Of a DNA stretch of 17,428 nucleotides, positions 16,759 to 17,428 are shown one piece after another. The notes under the pieces were generated by a model. The model was given only the letters and a program-made list of their open reading frames with translations. It searched no databases and was not told where the DNA came from. Source of the stretch: Halobacteriaceae archaeon. GTDB lineage: Archaea; Halobacteriota; Halobacteria; Halobacteriales; Halobacteriaceae. Position numbers and translations under genes: made by a program. The stretch is from assembly GCA_042216675.1 (NCBI GenBank), contig JBDGTS010000053.1:1-17428 (forward strand), given 5' to 3'. Within the stretch, counting starts at the first letter, position 1; every line of letters starts with the position of its first letter.

Positions 16759-16986
16759 AGGGCGGCGAACCACCAGTTGCGAGCCGTTGTAACGGACGGG
16801 TCTCGGCCTCCACCGGGACAGACCCTGCGTGTACTACCGATTGCCATCCTGGGCTCGTACTTGGCCTCCCTTGCGGGACAATTTTCCCAGGGGCTCGCGC
16901 ACCCCAGTACTCGTTGGAACGCAGGCGGGCTTATCTTCCGTGTTCGGGATGGGTACGGGAGTGTCCCCGCCGCTGTGGCCGCCCAA
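16759..16986 (-). rRNA. rrf: 5S rRNA, about 228 nt, with a 108-nt insertion (about 16771-16878)
   Basis: 5' part TTGGGCGGCCACAGCG..CCCGTACCCATCCCGAACACGGAAGATAAG..GAGTACTGGGGTGCGCGAGCCCCTGGGAAAATTG; 3' end GTTCGCCGCCCT found 108 nt further on. Ends are accurate to about 2 nt. Confidence 0.93.
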
Positions 16987-16994
16987 ACGCCGAC

Positions 16995-17013
16995 TCACGG
17001 ATTCGAACCGTGA
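16995..17013 (-). other. tRNA-like T-arm hairpin just 5' of 5S rRNA (probable processing signal)
   Basis: TCACGG-TTCGAAT-CCGTGA, 8 nt upstream of the 5S 5' end. tRNase Z processing of 5S via a tRNA-like element is known in Haloferax volcanii. Confidence 0.7.
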
Positions 17014-17121
17014 CGCTCTCGCGCCCGACCAGGGTTCGGTATCGTCTGGGTCGAGATTGATGAATGTAAGTGCGATCCAGTTAACGCCCGGACACGACTG
17101 CGGCAGTCATGCGGTATGATT

Positions 17122-17428
17122 GTGTGGCTTTGGCCTGTTAGTGCTCGCGGGCTGAGTATCTCGTTGCCTCGATACTTACACCCCGAGTCTATCGAACTCG
17201 TCTTCTACGAGTGGCCTCAACGGTGATTCTTTTTCAGGTGGGTTTCGGGCTTAGATGCGTTCAGCCCTTACCCCGCGGGACGTAGCTGCCCGGCACTTGC
17301 CCTAACGGACAACCGGTACACCAGTGGTCCCCGTCCGTAGTTCCTCTCGTACTATACGGACGTTCCTGTCAATCACCAAACACCCCCAATAGATAGCAGC
17401 CGACCTGTCTCACGACGGTCTAAACCCA
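17122..17428 (-). rRNA. rrl: 23S rRNA, 3'-terminal part
   Basis: Reverse complement contains TGGGTTTAGACCGTCGTGAGACAGGTC, the sarcin-ricin loop AGTACGAGAGGAAC, GCTGAACGCATCTAAG and CTAACAGGCCAAAGCCAC. The 3' end is approximate. Confidence 0.97.

Noticed and set aside
16771-16878. 5S insertion as a BHB intron or IS/MITE
   Set aside because: No bulge-helix-bulge, terminal inverted repeats or target duplication could be seen at the junctions.
16426-17119. ORFs of 79-115 aa at the right end
   Set aside because: They overlap tRNA-Cys, 5S rRNA and rRNA spacers.

Overview
GC-rich haloarchaeal (Halobacteria-like) chromosomal window, judged from acidic proteins, rpS6e, a HalX regulator and archaeal rRNA/tRNA. 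Left to right: the 5' part of a Tat-exported PKD/Ig-like protein (missing from the ORF track), dihydroorotase, a conserved hypothetical, three universal stress proteins with a GNAT, a DHH phosphoesterase, rpS6e, an aldo/keto reductase, MsrA and a ParB-HTH/RHH-like protein. Next come an intron-containing tRNA-Lys(UUU) followed by two more copies of its 3' end, membrane proteins, an orphan HalX regulator, a CRTAC1-like plus DyP-like pair bracketed by a 22-bp direct repeat, and a P-loop kinase. The window ends with the distal part of a minus-strand rRNA operon (23S 3' end, 5S, tRNA-Cys). The most notable signals are non-coding: (1) a 108-nt structured insertion in the 5S rRNA, (2) a tRNA-anchored array of T-arm/acceptor copies with antisense arms, (3) a family of GA-flanked mini-hairpin repeats shared between that array and an intergenic cluster at about 3.4-3.6 kb, and (4) the direct repeat around the CRTAC1/DyP-like pair. 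All family assignments come from motif recognition by eye; no database searches were run.
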